A stretch of DNA of 64,000 nucleotides, taken from an uncultured Methanocellaceae archaeon (lineage in GTDB: Archaea; Halobacteriota; Methanocellia; Methanocellales; Methanocellaceae). The translations under genes and the position numbers were made by a program. Each line of letters opens with the position of its first letter. The first letter of the stretch is position 1. The DNA is taken from positions 83,441-147,440 of the forward strand of contig CAVTVW010000009.1 in the NCBI GenBank assembly GCA_963738255.1, in the 5' to 3' direction. The notes below the pieces were generated by a model. The model saw only the letters and a program-made list of their open reading frames with translations, was not told the origin of the DNA and made no database searches. Of the stretch, positions 30,769-39,855 are shown in pieces.

Positions 30769-31449
30769 ATGGTTGATCCTGTAATCGATTATGGGCTAAT
30801 GCTACTCTGGGGAATATGCTGGAGTATTGCTTATCTTGCCATGATCTACACGGGATTTCGTGAAAAAACATACTGTATGCCCGCGTTCGCATTATTCTTT
30901 AATATTTCCTGGGAGTTCATCTTTGCATTTATCATGCCTATCCTGCATCCGATCGATTCAACCCTGGAGCTCGTGATCAATATCATCTGGTTTTCGTTCG
31001 ACGCTTTAATATTCGGCACCTATCTCCTTTATGGCAGGAAATATTTCCCGAAAGGCATCGATAAGAAATGGTTCCTGCCCTGGAGCATTTTAGGCCTTGG
31101 AGTTTCGTTCCTGTTCGTGCTATTGATATCACTGGAGCTCTCAGATTACATCGGCATGTATGCGGCTTTCATCTCAAACCTTATGATGTCGGTGCTGTTC
31201 ATCGATATGCTGGCCAAAAGGGGGAACCCGGAAGGCCAGTCGATGGTCATCGCCGTGTTCAAATGCATCGGCACGATGGCGCCAACCATTTATTTCTACA
31301 TGTTTTTCGCTAACGTCTTTATCCTGTACCTGGGAGTCTCATGCGCCGTTTTTGATATGATCTATATAGTAATGCTTTATCAAAGCATCAAGGTGTCAAA
31401 GAAACAGGCGCCTCTCCTGACTGTTTATCCTGTCAATCAATATCAATAA
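30769..31449 (+). CDS. Integral-membrane terpene cyclase homologue (Pyr4/PaxB family)
   Basis: About seven TMs; WSIAY...TYCMP..AL..NISWE, WFSFD, GQS, K.IGT, C-terminal FDMIY. Confidence 0.72.
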   Translation: MVDPVIDYGLMLLWGICWSIAYLAMIYTGFREKTYCMPAFALFFNISWEFIFAFIMPILHPIDSTLELVINIIWFSFDALIFGTYLLYGRKYFPKGIDKKWFLPWSILGLGVSFLFVLLISLELSDYIGMYAAFISNLMMSVLFIDMLAKRGNPEGQSMVIAVFKCIGTMAPTIYFYMFFANVFILYLGVSCAVFDMIYIVMLYQSIKVSKKQAPLLTVYPVNQYQ

Positions 31450-31625
31450 GGGGTCGGCCACTGGCCGGCTGGAGCGGCTGTGAAATCATTTGGTCAAATT
31501 GCCATTTGTAGCATTATTTTTTGGTAATTTTTTCATACATCCCTATAATTACATTCATTGGGTATTTCAACGAGCAGATCAGGGCATTGGTAAGCCTGTG
31601 AACTGCCCATAAAATCGGGGGTAGT

Positions 31626-32215
31626 ATGGACGAGGGAGTAGTGCTACGGCTCATTCTATTGAGCTATTTTGCCCTTTTTATCATGATCAGGGCATACTAT
31701 CGCACGAAAACGGGCACGATAAACGAAAAGCCTTCTCATCTGGAAGGTATTTTACCCGCTTTCAGGACGATCATGAGAATTCCTTATGCCATCGTCTTCG
31801 CAGCCTGGTTCGCGATACCCGGCCTGGTACAGTGGTCTTCTCTTAGCCTGCCGGAGTGGTTCCAGTGGGGCGGTACGCTGGTGATGCTTGCATCATTATT
31901 GATGCTCACGTGGGTACACAAGACACTCGGCCTGAATTTCAGCTCGACTCTCCGGGTCAGGGAATACCAGACACTGGTCACCTGCGGTCCCTATCGCTGG
32001 ATCAGGCACCCGATGTATGCTGCGGTATTCCTCAGCGTCATAGGCCTGTGCATGATCACGTCCAACTGGCTTATCTTGATATTTTCATTGCCGATGATGG
32101 CCCCGCCATTGCAAATCGCATGACCCGGGAAGAGAGGATGCTGATCGAAAAGTTCGGGGACGAATATCGCAGGTACATGGGGCGGACCGGAAGACTACTG
32201 CCAAAACTCATGTAA
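31626..32215 (+). pseudogene. Isoprenylcysteine carboxyl-methyltransferase-family gene with a frameshift near 32100
   Basis: First frame holds [15 protein letters not shown]; the conserved RxxxEExxL...FGDEY..Y continues in the frame ending at 32215. Confidence 0.75.
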
Positions 32216-32255
32216 GGCATTCAAATGGCTGAGTGATGAACTATCATAAATAAGT

Positions 32256-32399
32256 TTAGCGTCCCTGTGGTGCGGAAAGGACCGGAAGCCGTTCACAAAA
32301 CGGCATTTTTCCCATAGCATCATTAAAGTCATTACAGGCATCGCAGTCGCCATGTCTTTCACAGCTCGCCTTCGGGCAAGGGCAATCTGTCTTGAGCAT
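32256..32399 (-). CDS. Small Cys-rich metal-binding protein (47 aa)
   Basis: MLKTDCPCPKASCERHGDCDAC...PFC; TTTATA about 25 nt upstream suggests a leaderless mRNA. Confidence 0.75.
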   Translation of the reverse strand: MLKTDCPCPKASCERHGDCDACNDFNDAMGKMPFCERLPVLSAPQGR

Positions 32400-32461
32400 A
32401 TTTAAAATAAATATATTAATATAAATAAAATATCGTACAATAATGATCAGATATATGGTGA

Positions 32462-32998
32462 TCACATTGTCTTGACGATCGCAAGGATCACTGCCGGAAC
32501 GCCGGACGCAAGTTCCTCGCTATAGAATGGCAGGATCAACAGGTCATCAGGCAGGGGCGAGCCTGTGCGAGTGAACGCATAATCCCATATGAGGATCTTA
32601 TTGGCGTTGGGGGATAGTCTCATGTCGCTCACTGCTTTTTTATATGACTCGATGAGCCATTCCTTTATCTTAATGATCGCGAATCCATCGTCAAGAAATG
32701 ATGCGATCGCCTCATGGGAGATCTCTATGATAAAAAATATCTCGCCATCCCAGAGATACGCGTCAAATACGTCGGAAGTATAGGCGATCTTCCATTTCGC
32801 GACCTCTGTATTGCCGAACTTCCCGAAAACATCATGAAAGAAATGCTTTTCTTTCATGTTTTTATAGATCCGATAAATATCCTGCACCGCATTTCCTCTG
32901 ATCTGAGGCAGCCCTTTCGCTGCGGCGATCTTTTTAAGTTCCGCCACAGTATCGATCCGATCCGGGTTGAGATCGTAAGAATTAGGCAGGGGCATCAA
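32462..32998 (-). CDS. Hypothetical protein
   Basis: 178-aa ORF, no motif recognised. Confidence 0.65.
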   Translation of the reverse strand: MMPLPNSYDLNPDRIDTVAELKKIAAAKGLPQIRGNAVQDIYRIYKNMKEKHFFHDVFGKFGNTEVAKWKIAYTSDVFDAYLWDGEIFFIIEISHEAIASFLDDGFAIIKIKEWLIESYKKAVSDMRLSPNANKILIWDYAFTRTGSPLPDDLLILPFYSEELASGVPAVILAIVKTM

Positions 32999-33060
32999 TA
33001 TAATATAATATCAGGCTGCTAAATAATTATTGAAACAGGAATTTTTATGGGGACAGGGCC

Positions 33061-33978
33061 TTGCTAAAAACTGAGCTATATAAAAAACTGGAAGAGCGCG
33101 GATGCGCAGCGCGCGTCGTATCCATAGAACATGTTTCCGAGCTGCGGGAAAACCTGGAGAAAAGCCATCGTGACGGTGTATTAGATGAAGCGTTTTACCA
33201 GACATACCTGAGTAAATTCAGCTATAGCCCTCCCGAGGATCTACCTGAGGCGAAGTCTCTGATCGTGGTAGCCTCAAGACAGCCCCAGGTGCGTATCATT
33301 TTCAACTATGGCGGAAAGTCCAGGCCGGTCATCGTACCGCCCACGTATCTACATGGTGCCGAAACGGATAAGCGCGCCGGCGAGATCCTTGCGGAGATAC
33401 TCGAGCCGGAGGGGTATCATATTACGCCGGCCAGGCTGCCAAATAAGCTACTCGCAGTGCGCAGCGGGCTTGCAGCCTATGGCAGGAATAATATTACCTA
33501 TGTTGAAGGCATGGGGAGCTTTTTCAGGCTGTCCGCGTTCTATTCGGATATGCCCATTAGTGGTAAGGACGAATGGCGCGATATGACGGTGATGCAGCGT
33601 TGCGAGGAGTGCATGGCATGCACGTATAAATGCCCTACCCGTGCGATAGACCTCGATCGTTTTTTACTATTCGCGGAAAAATGTATCACCTACCATAACG
33701 AGAAGCCAGGCGAAATCCCGTTTCCGGACTGGATAAACGCATCATGGCACAACTGCCTGGTCGGGTGCATGATCTGCCAAAAAGTCTGCCCTGAGAATGT
33801 TGATTACACGGGACTGATCGAAGAGGGGCCGGAGTTCTCGTCGGATGAGACGACACTCCTGATGGAGGGAACTTCTCGCGACCAGTTGCCCGCTACCCTG
33901 CTCAAAAAGCTTGAGGAATGGGACCTGCTGGAACTACTGGATATCATTCCACGGAACTTGAGGGCTCTGCTCGAGTGA
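33061..33978 (+). CDS. QueG/reductive-dehalogenase-like 2x[4Fe-4S] protein
   Basis: KLLAVRSGLAAYGRNN...GSF, CEECMACTYKCPTRAI, CITY, GCMICQKVCP. Confidence 0.8.
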   Translation: MLKTELYKKLEERGCAARVVSIEHVSELRENLEKSHRDGVLDEAFYQTYLSKFSYSPPEDLPEAKSLIVVASRQPQVRIIFNYGGKSRPVIVPPTYLHGAETDKRAGEILAEILEPEGYHITPARLPNKLLAVRSGLAAYGRNNITYVEGMGSFFRLSAFYSDMPISGKDEWRDMTVMQRCEECMACTYKCPTRAIDLDRFLLFAEKCITYHNEKPGEIPFPDWINASWHNCLVGCMICQKVCPENVDYTGLIEEGPEFSSDETTLLMEGTSRDQLPATLLKKLEEWDLLELLDIIPRNLRALLE

Positions 33979-34163
33979 GCTAATATTGACTGCGCAATCA
34001 TAGGTCAGATCGATGAATTACGGATGTTTATGCCCATAATTATTTTGAGTGGATCACTTCGATATGCAAGATGCGATAATTTCCACAGCTGTTGTTTAAT
34101 TTACGATCAATATCGGCGGAGAAGCTATTTGTAATCAACCATTATTAAGGCTATTAACAACCA

Positions 34164-34940
34164 TTGGAGGGTCTTTTCATATCTCACGATAAAATGCTCA
34201 ACCGGGTCATTGAAAACAGGATGTCCAGGCGTTCACTGCTAAAGTTCGGCGCAGCCGCCGGCATCGGTCTGGCAGGTGTTTCCATCGCAGGTTGCGCTGC
34301 ACCGGTCACGCCAACGGTCACGGCTTCGAGTAATTCCTCGGCCACGCCTTCAGGCAATTCCTCGGCCACGCCCCCGCCGGGCACCGAAGCGACGGAATAT
34401 AACGGACAAAAGCTCGACTCGATCAAAAGCTTCCGGGAGAACTCCATCCACGGCACGCAGCACATAAACGCGGACAACTATACCGTTTCGATATCCGGGC
34501 TTGTCGATAATGCAAAAACTTACTCTTACCAGGATCTCACTGCCATGGCCTCATACCAAAAAGTCGTCACTCTTCATTGCGTGGAAGGCTGGGACGCTAC
34601 CGCCCTATGGGAAGGCGTCGGCGTGAAGGACATTCTCGGCCAGGCGGGAATAAAACCTGGCGCCAAGACCGTGATCTTTTACGCGCAGGACGGCGACTCG
34701 ACGTCCTTTGGCATCGAGGATATACAGAATCAGGATTTCATGCTAGCCTATAAGGTGAACAATATCCTGCTGACGGAACAACACGGATACCCGTCTCGCC
34801 TGGTAGCAGCCGAAAAATGGGGATACAAATGGATCAAGTGGGTCACCAGGATCGAGCTGTCCGATAAGGATTATACAGGATACTGGGAAAGCAATGGATA
34901 TTCGAATAATGGCGACCTGACTAAGAGTTTTTTCTCGTGA
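34164..34940 (+). CDS. Tat-exported lipoprotein, sulfite-oxidase/MsrP-like molybdopterin domain (start may be 34194 or 34221)
   Basis: SRRSLLK twin-arginine motif and IAGC lipobox; LHCVEGW, WEGV, HGYP.RL, WGYKWIKW, GYWE. Confidence 0.88.
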   Translation: MEGLFISHDKMLNRVIENRMSRRSLLKFGAAAGIGLAGVSIAGCAAPVTPTVTASSNSSATPSGNSSATPPPGTEATEYNGQKLDSIKSFRENSIHGTQHINADNYTVSISGLVDNAKTYSYQDLTAMASYQKVVTLHCVEGWDATALWEGVGVKDILGQAGIKPGAKTVIFYAQDGDSTSFGIEDIQNQDFMLAYKVNNILLTEQHGYPSRLVAAEKWGYKWIKWVTRIELSDKDYTGYWESNGYSNNGDLTKSFFS

Positions 34941-34950
34941 CGGTGCTCAA

Positions 34951-35190
34951 ATGGACTTACACGTAATTAAACAAGCGATCGCATGGAGCCTTCTCGTGGT
35001 GACGCTGCTATTTTTACTCACGGGCTTCGGCATAGGAAATTCCAACATTGTGACCCCATTGACACTCGGCTTTCTGGGTAAGGCCGCTTCATTCAAATGG
35101 CACGAAGTCCTCTGGATACCCTTTGTAATACTCCTGGCGGCGCATCTGGTATTTAATATCGTACTGAAAAAATTGAAGAAAGTGAGCTAG
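34951..35190 (+). CDS. Small 2-TM His-containing membrane partner of the Mo enzyme
   Basis: LLTGFG, KWHE and AAHL within TMs; 10 bp downstream of the Mo-domain gene. Confidence 0.75.
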   Translation: MDLHVIKQAIAWSLLVVTLLFLLTGFGIGNSNIVTPLTLGFLGKAASFKWHEVLWIPFVILLAAHLVFNIVLKKLKKVS

Positions 35191-35222
35191 CGGTAACAAA
35201 CAGTGATATACCCGCCGAAGAT

Positions 35223-35717
35223 CTATTTTTTATATTCCTTAGATATGTCGATCAGACAGCCGATCGTCACCAGGCCCATGATGATATAGAACCAGCTATC
35301 ATTTGCCCATAGCGATTGATCCACCATCGGCGGTATCAAGGGAAAGCTAAATAAAAGTACGGTTAAATTGGAAAGCGTCAGGTATAGCCCGCATACAATA
35401 AAACCATACAGGACAAACCGGGCCATTTGATTATATTTCACTACATAAAAAATAGCCAGTAGTGTAAGAATAGCTAAGAAAATCGTTTTCTCGATGAACG
35501 AGAACGCATAACCTAACAGGCCAAACCGACTGATCAAAACCGCAGTACCATAATTTCCTTCATTTAAATTATTTCCATATCGTAATGCCAGGTATGTCGA
35601 TAGCAGATCACCTATCACAAAGGCAAGAAATGCTAAAAATATTAGCGGCTTTAAAATTTGATAACCGTTATAGATGATATTTTTAAGTTTCAGCTCATCT
35701 ATGACGATATTTTTCAT
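35223..35717 (-). CDS. Multi-TM membrane protein (DUF5658-like)
   Basis: GDLLSTYLAL..G..EGN motif, 4-5 TMs. Confidence 0.7.
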   Translation of the reverse strand: MKNIVIDELKLKNIIYNGYQILKPLIFLAFLAFVIGDLLSTYLALRYGNNLNEGNYGTAVLISRFGLLGYAFSFIEKTIFLAILTLLAIFYVVKYNQMARFVLYGFIVCGLYLTLSNLTVLLFSFPLIPPMVDQSLWANDSWFYIIMGLVTIGCLIDISKEYKK

Positions 35718-35840
35718 ACATACAAATCGAAGGGACAATATTAAATATATTTCGTTACCATTATTGCCTGTTTTCTCAGCTACTCAAAATAGTAGCATAT
35801 TCGCCGTACAGGGCCTTATATATCCAATAAAACGCTGATC

Positions 35841-36284
35841 CTAGGTATATATGATGAAACCTGTCTTAATCCCTTTCTTAAACCCGGCATTTTCATAAAA
35901 GCTTAGCGTAGCTTCATCTTTTGCACTTGTCAGGAGCATGACCTTATAGCAATTTTTCTCTTTTGCCATATCGACTGCTTTGTGTAGCACTTTCGTGCCA
36001 CAGCCCTGTTTTCTATATTCCTGGCGCGTAATGACGTTCTCGATTATTCCATAGGGGCGCAGGCCTCTAGTAAGATTCTTTATGATCGCCAGGGTGCAGG
36101 AAGAGACGATTTTCCCGTCTTCTTCAAGAACCAGATAAAACTGGTTTTTGTCATTGAATATTTCATCCCAGGACTGCCTCGTATCAGAATCACATTCAAC
36201 GAGAGGGTCATCCGGGTGTAGCTGTCTGTAGAGCTCTAGCAATTCTTCCAGCTCACCATATCGGATCAATCTTACTTCAGCCAT
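35841..36284 (-). CDS. GNAT acetyltransferase
   Basis: IENVITRQEYRKQGCG, CYKVMLLT, FYENAGF. Confidence 0.9.
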   Translation of the reverse strand: MAEVRLIRYGELEELLELYRQLHPDDPLVECDSDTRQSWDEIFNDKNQFYLVLEEDGKIVSSCTLAIIKNLTRGLRPYGIIENVITRQEYRKQGCGTKVLHKAVDMAKEKNCYKVMLLTSAKDEATLSFYENAGFKKGIKTGFIIYT

Positions 36285-36566
36285 TAAAAATACCGATGAT
36301 ATATACACTCATATATCAATCAATTTATCTATTGTCGGGCACTCCACATTTTCGCCTGCGACTTACGTTAACGATTAAAAATCACCTTATTTAAATATAC
36401 ATTCTTTGCCCGGTAGTGTCAGAAACATGATATCGGTCGTTTTAAAGCTTAAACAATGAATTTGCCGTGGATTAAAGAGATATAAAACGAGAATAAAACA
36501 AGCATATGACAGAGCCGGAGTTGACCGTGGCACGAATGAAGGCTCAGATCGTCAGGTGACGCCATC

Positions 36567-38219
36567 ATGACTCATACCGTCATACAGTATCTTCTCGATC
36601 GTTTAAAGCAGCTCGGCATAAAAGACATTTTCGGCGTGCCCGGCGATTATGCATTTCCCATCAACGATGCGATCTGTAACGATCAAGAGCTACGCTGGGT
36701 CGGCTGCTGTAACGAGCTGAACGCCGCATATGCCGCCGACGGCTATGCCCGCATCAAAGGCATGTCGGCGCTATGTACGACATTTGGCGTGGGCGAGCTG
36801 TCGGCGATGTGCGGGGTAGCCGGCTCCTATGCGGAGCATAATCTAGTTTTTCATATCGTCGGGATGCCTAATACATCCACCCAGAATAAACACGCGATCG
36901 TGCACCATACGCTAGGCAACGGCGAGTTCGACTTATTCATGGCGATGGCTACGCCTGTCGTATGTGCAAAGACGATGTTGACCCCGGAAAATTGTATTTC
37001 GGAGACGGAGCGGGTGATCGCAATGGCACTGGAATGCCACAGGCCGGTCTATATAGCTGTTCCAGGGGACTATGTGAATGCGCATATCATCCCGTCACTT
37101 TCGCCCGAGATCTCACCTAAAAAAAGCGACCCGAAGGCGCTGGAAGAAGCCGTATCCACCATTATCGACAAGGTATCGAATGCAAGGGCTGCCTGTATCC
37201 TTCCCGGAATTTTCGTCCAGCGCTACGGCTTTAGAGAATTGGCGACCGCCGTGGTCGACGCTTCCGGATTACCATATGTGACCATGGCAATGGATAAATC
37301 CGTGCTTGATGAGACAAATCCGTCCTACCTGGGCCTTTATAACGGGCAGCTCATGTATCCGGACATTGCGGAGTTCGTGGAGACCTGTGACTGCATACTT
37401 GCCATAGGGACGATACCCTCGGATTTCAATACGGGCGGGTTCACGGCAAAGCTGGATAAATCCCGCATCATCAATATCATGCTCAACAACGTCCACATCG
37501 GCTATGCCGATTACAGCGACATCAAAATGGCCGACGTCCTGGCGGAGATCGTTAAAAAAATTCCCAAGCGCAAAGATGTCCGCGGGCCAAAAGCTAAGCC
37601 TATAGTCGTTCCTCAGGTAAGCAGCGACGACTCTATATCGGCCGATTATTTATATGCGAGCCTTGAGAAATTTTTTAAGCCAGGCGATATCATAGTTTCG
37701 GAGACGGGTACCTGTACATTTGGCCTGCTGCCGGCACTCTTGCCGAAAGGCGCTACGTTCCATAACCAGACGCTCTGGGGAGCAATTGGCTGGGCCACGC
37801 CCGCATCCTTCGGTGCAACGCTGGCCACTCCAGACAATCGGACGATATTGATAACCGGCGAAGGCTCGCACCAGATGACAGCCCAGGAGATCAGTCAGTT
37901 CGACCGCTATAGCCTTAAACCAATAATTTTCGTGCTAAATAATAATGGCTATCTGATCGAAAGATTGCTGGCAAAGAGGTCCGATTACTACTACAATGAC
38001 ATCGCTAAGTGGCAGTACGAAAAGCTGCCGGAAGGGCTTGGCTGCAACGGATGGCTGATCGGGAAGGCTGCCACATGTGGCGCGCTGGATCACATAATAG
38101 CGGAACTGGGCGATATCACGACCGCCGCATATGTCGAGATCGTCATGCCGGAAATGTCCGCACCAGTGCTAATGAAAGCTATGCATGATAACCTGAAGTC
38201 GATGTACAGTGAAGACTGA
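36567..38219 (+). CDS. ThDP-dependent 2-keto-acid decarboxylase (pyruvate/indolepyruvate decarboxylase family)
   Basis: FGVPGDY, NELNAAYAADGYAR, HHTLG, QTLWGAIGW, GEGSHQMTAQE...NNNGYLIE. Confidence 0.93.
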   Translation: MTHTVIQYLLDRLKQLGIKDIFGVPGDYAFPINDAICNDQELRWVGCCNELNAAYAADGYARIKGMSALCTTFGVGELSAMCGVAGSYAEHNLVFHIVGMPNTSTQNKHAIVHHTLGNGEFDLFMAMATPVVCAKTMLTPENCISETERVIAMALECHRPVYIAVPGDYVNAHIIPSLSPEISPKKSDPKALEEAVSTIIDKVSNARAACILPGIFVQRYGFRELATAVVDASGLPYVTMAMDKSVLDETNPSYLGLYNGQLMYPDIAEFVETCDCILAIGTIPSDFNTGGFTAKLDKSRIINIMLNNVHIGYADYSDIKMADVLAEIVKKIPKRKDVRGPKAKPIVVPQVSSDDSISADYLYASLEKFFKPGDIIVSETGTCTFGLLPALLPKGATFHNQTLWGAIGWATPASFGATLATPDNRTILITGEGSHQMTAQEISQFDRYSLKPIIFVLNNNGYLIERLLAKRSDYYYNDIAKWQYEKLPEGLGCNGWLIGKAATCGALDHIIAELGDITTAAYVEIVMPEMSAPVLMKAMHDNLKSMYSED

Positions 38220-38343
38220 TCATGTGTAAAACAAAAAGATGAACTTTACATAGGCATCCTATCAAATAATGGAGTAATTCGAACATTGGTTTTTTATATT
38301 ACTCCGAATTTTATTTATTATGGGATAAAAACGCCTAGCATAT

Positions 38344-38685
38344 ATGACAATCCAACAAGCGGTCGATATCGAGAGCACGATCTTAAAATACATGAGAGAG
38401 CTCATCGAGAACATCTTCGAGGCGGAGACAAAGTACAAGGTAGTGTACCGGATCGGGGATTATCTTGTATACCAGCTTCCCGAGGGCGAATATGCCGCAG
38501 TGGATATCACTGATCAGGTGACACCCGAATCTAAATATACTCAGGTGACTGCAACTCCGAACTTCAAGAGCCTGCCGGAGCTAAAAATATTCCTCAGTAA
38601 CCTGATGATTGATAAATATATCATGATGAAGCGCGACCTCGAGCGTGAAATGGGCTCATACGACTATGGAAAGCCCTATTTATGA
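38344..38685 (+). CDS. Hypothetical protein
   Basis: 113-aa ORF with typical composition. Confidence 0.7.
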   Translation: MTIQQAVDIESTILKYMRELIENIFEAETKYKVVYRIGDYLVYQLPEGEYAAVDITDQVTPESKYTQVTATPNFKSLPELKIFLSNLMIDKYIMMKRDLEREMGSYDYGKPYL

Positions 38686-38729
38686 ACCTGGCGAGATAGC
38701 AGGCAGTGAGATAATAAAAATATGCAGGA

Positions 38730-38888
38730 CTATTCTTCTTCCTCGTCGCCGGCGAAATAAAACGCGGCGACAGTCATGGCCTGATCCACGACATCCGAAT
38801 CGTTGAGCCCGTCCGGGTCAAGGCCGCTACTCTTCATGGCCTTCCTTACCTTCTCTAGCTGATATTCGCTGACTGCGACTTTCTTCAT
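38730..38888 (-). CDS. Small RHH-like protein (52 aa, not in the ORF track)
   Basis: Read manually: MKKVAVSEYQLEKVRKAMKSSGLDPDGLNDSDVVDQAMTVAAFYFAGDEEEE; GAGG upstream. Confidence 0.7.
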   Translation of the reverse strand: MKKVAVSEYQLEKVRKAMKSSGLDPDGLNDSDVVDQAMTVAAFYFAGDEEEE

Positions 38889-39016
38889 ACGGTGAGCCTC
38901 ATGATACTATAGTATTCCTGACGGTATAACATTTTTGCAAATGCATCAATGGCCCATTCCTGGTTTCCAATTCGTTGTGGATCTCTGCATAGATACATTT
39001 ACCTGTGGGCGACACA

Positions 39017-39664
39017 TCACCAATAATTTGTCACATCGGATATGATCCCCATGTTATCATATCGTGCGCCGGGATGGATATTTTTCGAGATATGGACCTC
39101 ACCGCTGGTCGTGTCCACATATACTAGCCCTTTATCCGTCGTATCAAACACATCCATGGCATGCCCGTACTTTGAATTGAGAAAGCTTATACCGGCAAAG
39201 CCACAACGAATGCCGTCGCTTTCGGCATGGTTCTGTAGCTCCTGGGCAAAATCCGCGCAGGTGAAGTTCGGGCTGACATATTTGTTTTTCACCGTATCGT
39301 CATTTTTTAAGAAATTCAACAACTCTCCATATGATGGGTCATGGGCAGTGGAGTTCTCCAGCAGGACCGGATGCTGGCCAAGCGCATTTTCCTTATCGCT
39401 GATCGCGCTATATTTTATGATCGGATCAGCATCTGACATATTGGTGGAATGCGACGTGGTAGCTATAGGATCTGTAGAAATGAATGCTTGCGAAATGTCA
39501 TCAGGGTCATGCATCACGATCGTCGCAGCCGATGGAATTCCGAGGCTTGCACACGAAGATCCTGTGAAAAGCCCTATGATCGAAATACTCATGACACCGG
39601 ACAATATGAGCACTATTACGATCTTTCCCACAATATCTCTGGCTGTCAGATCCAAAACTAACAC
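39017..39664 (-). CDS. Membrane-anchored transglutaminase/papain-like Cys-His-Asp protein
   Basis: N-terminal TM; FTCADFA, GHAMDVF, GLVYVD. Confidence 0.72.
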   Translation of the reverse strand: MLVLDLTARDIVGKIVIVLILSGVMSISIIGLFTGSSCASLGIPSAATIVMHDPDDISQAFISTDPIATTSHSTNMSDADPIIKYSAISDKENALGQHPVLLENSTAHDPSYGELLNFLKNDDTVKNKYVSPNFTCADFAQELQNHAESDGIRCGFAGISFLNSKYGHAMDVFDTTDKGLVYVDTTSGEVHISKNIHPGARYDNMGIISDVTNYW

Positions 39665-39855
39665 AACCCCGATATGACATTACATATTTATGTATAAATA
39701 TGCTACTGAATATATTATATATTATTGATATTATTAGACTACCGACTGTCGTGCTACCGTGAATAAATTTCCGGGCAGGATGAAGCTCGGATTAAGTATT
39801 ATTTTTATACCATTAGAATAGTTTCTATAATCGACAATCTGGCAAAAGGCATTAT

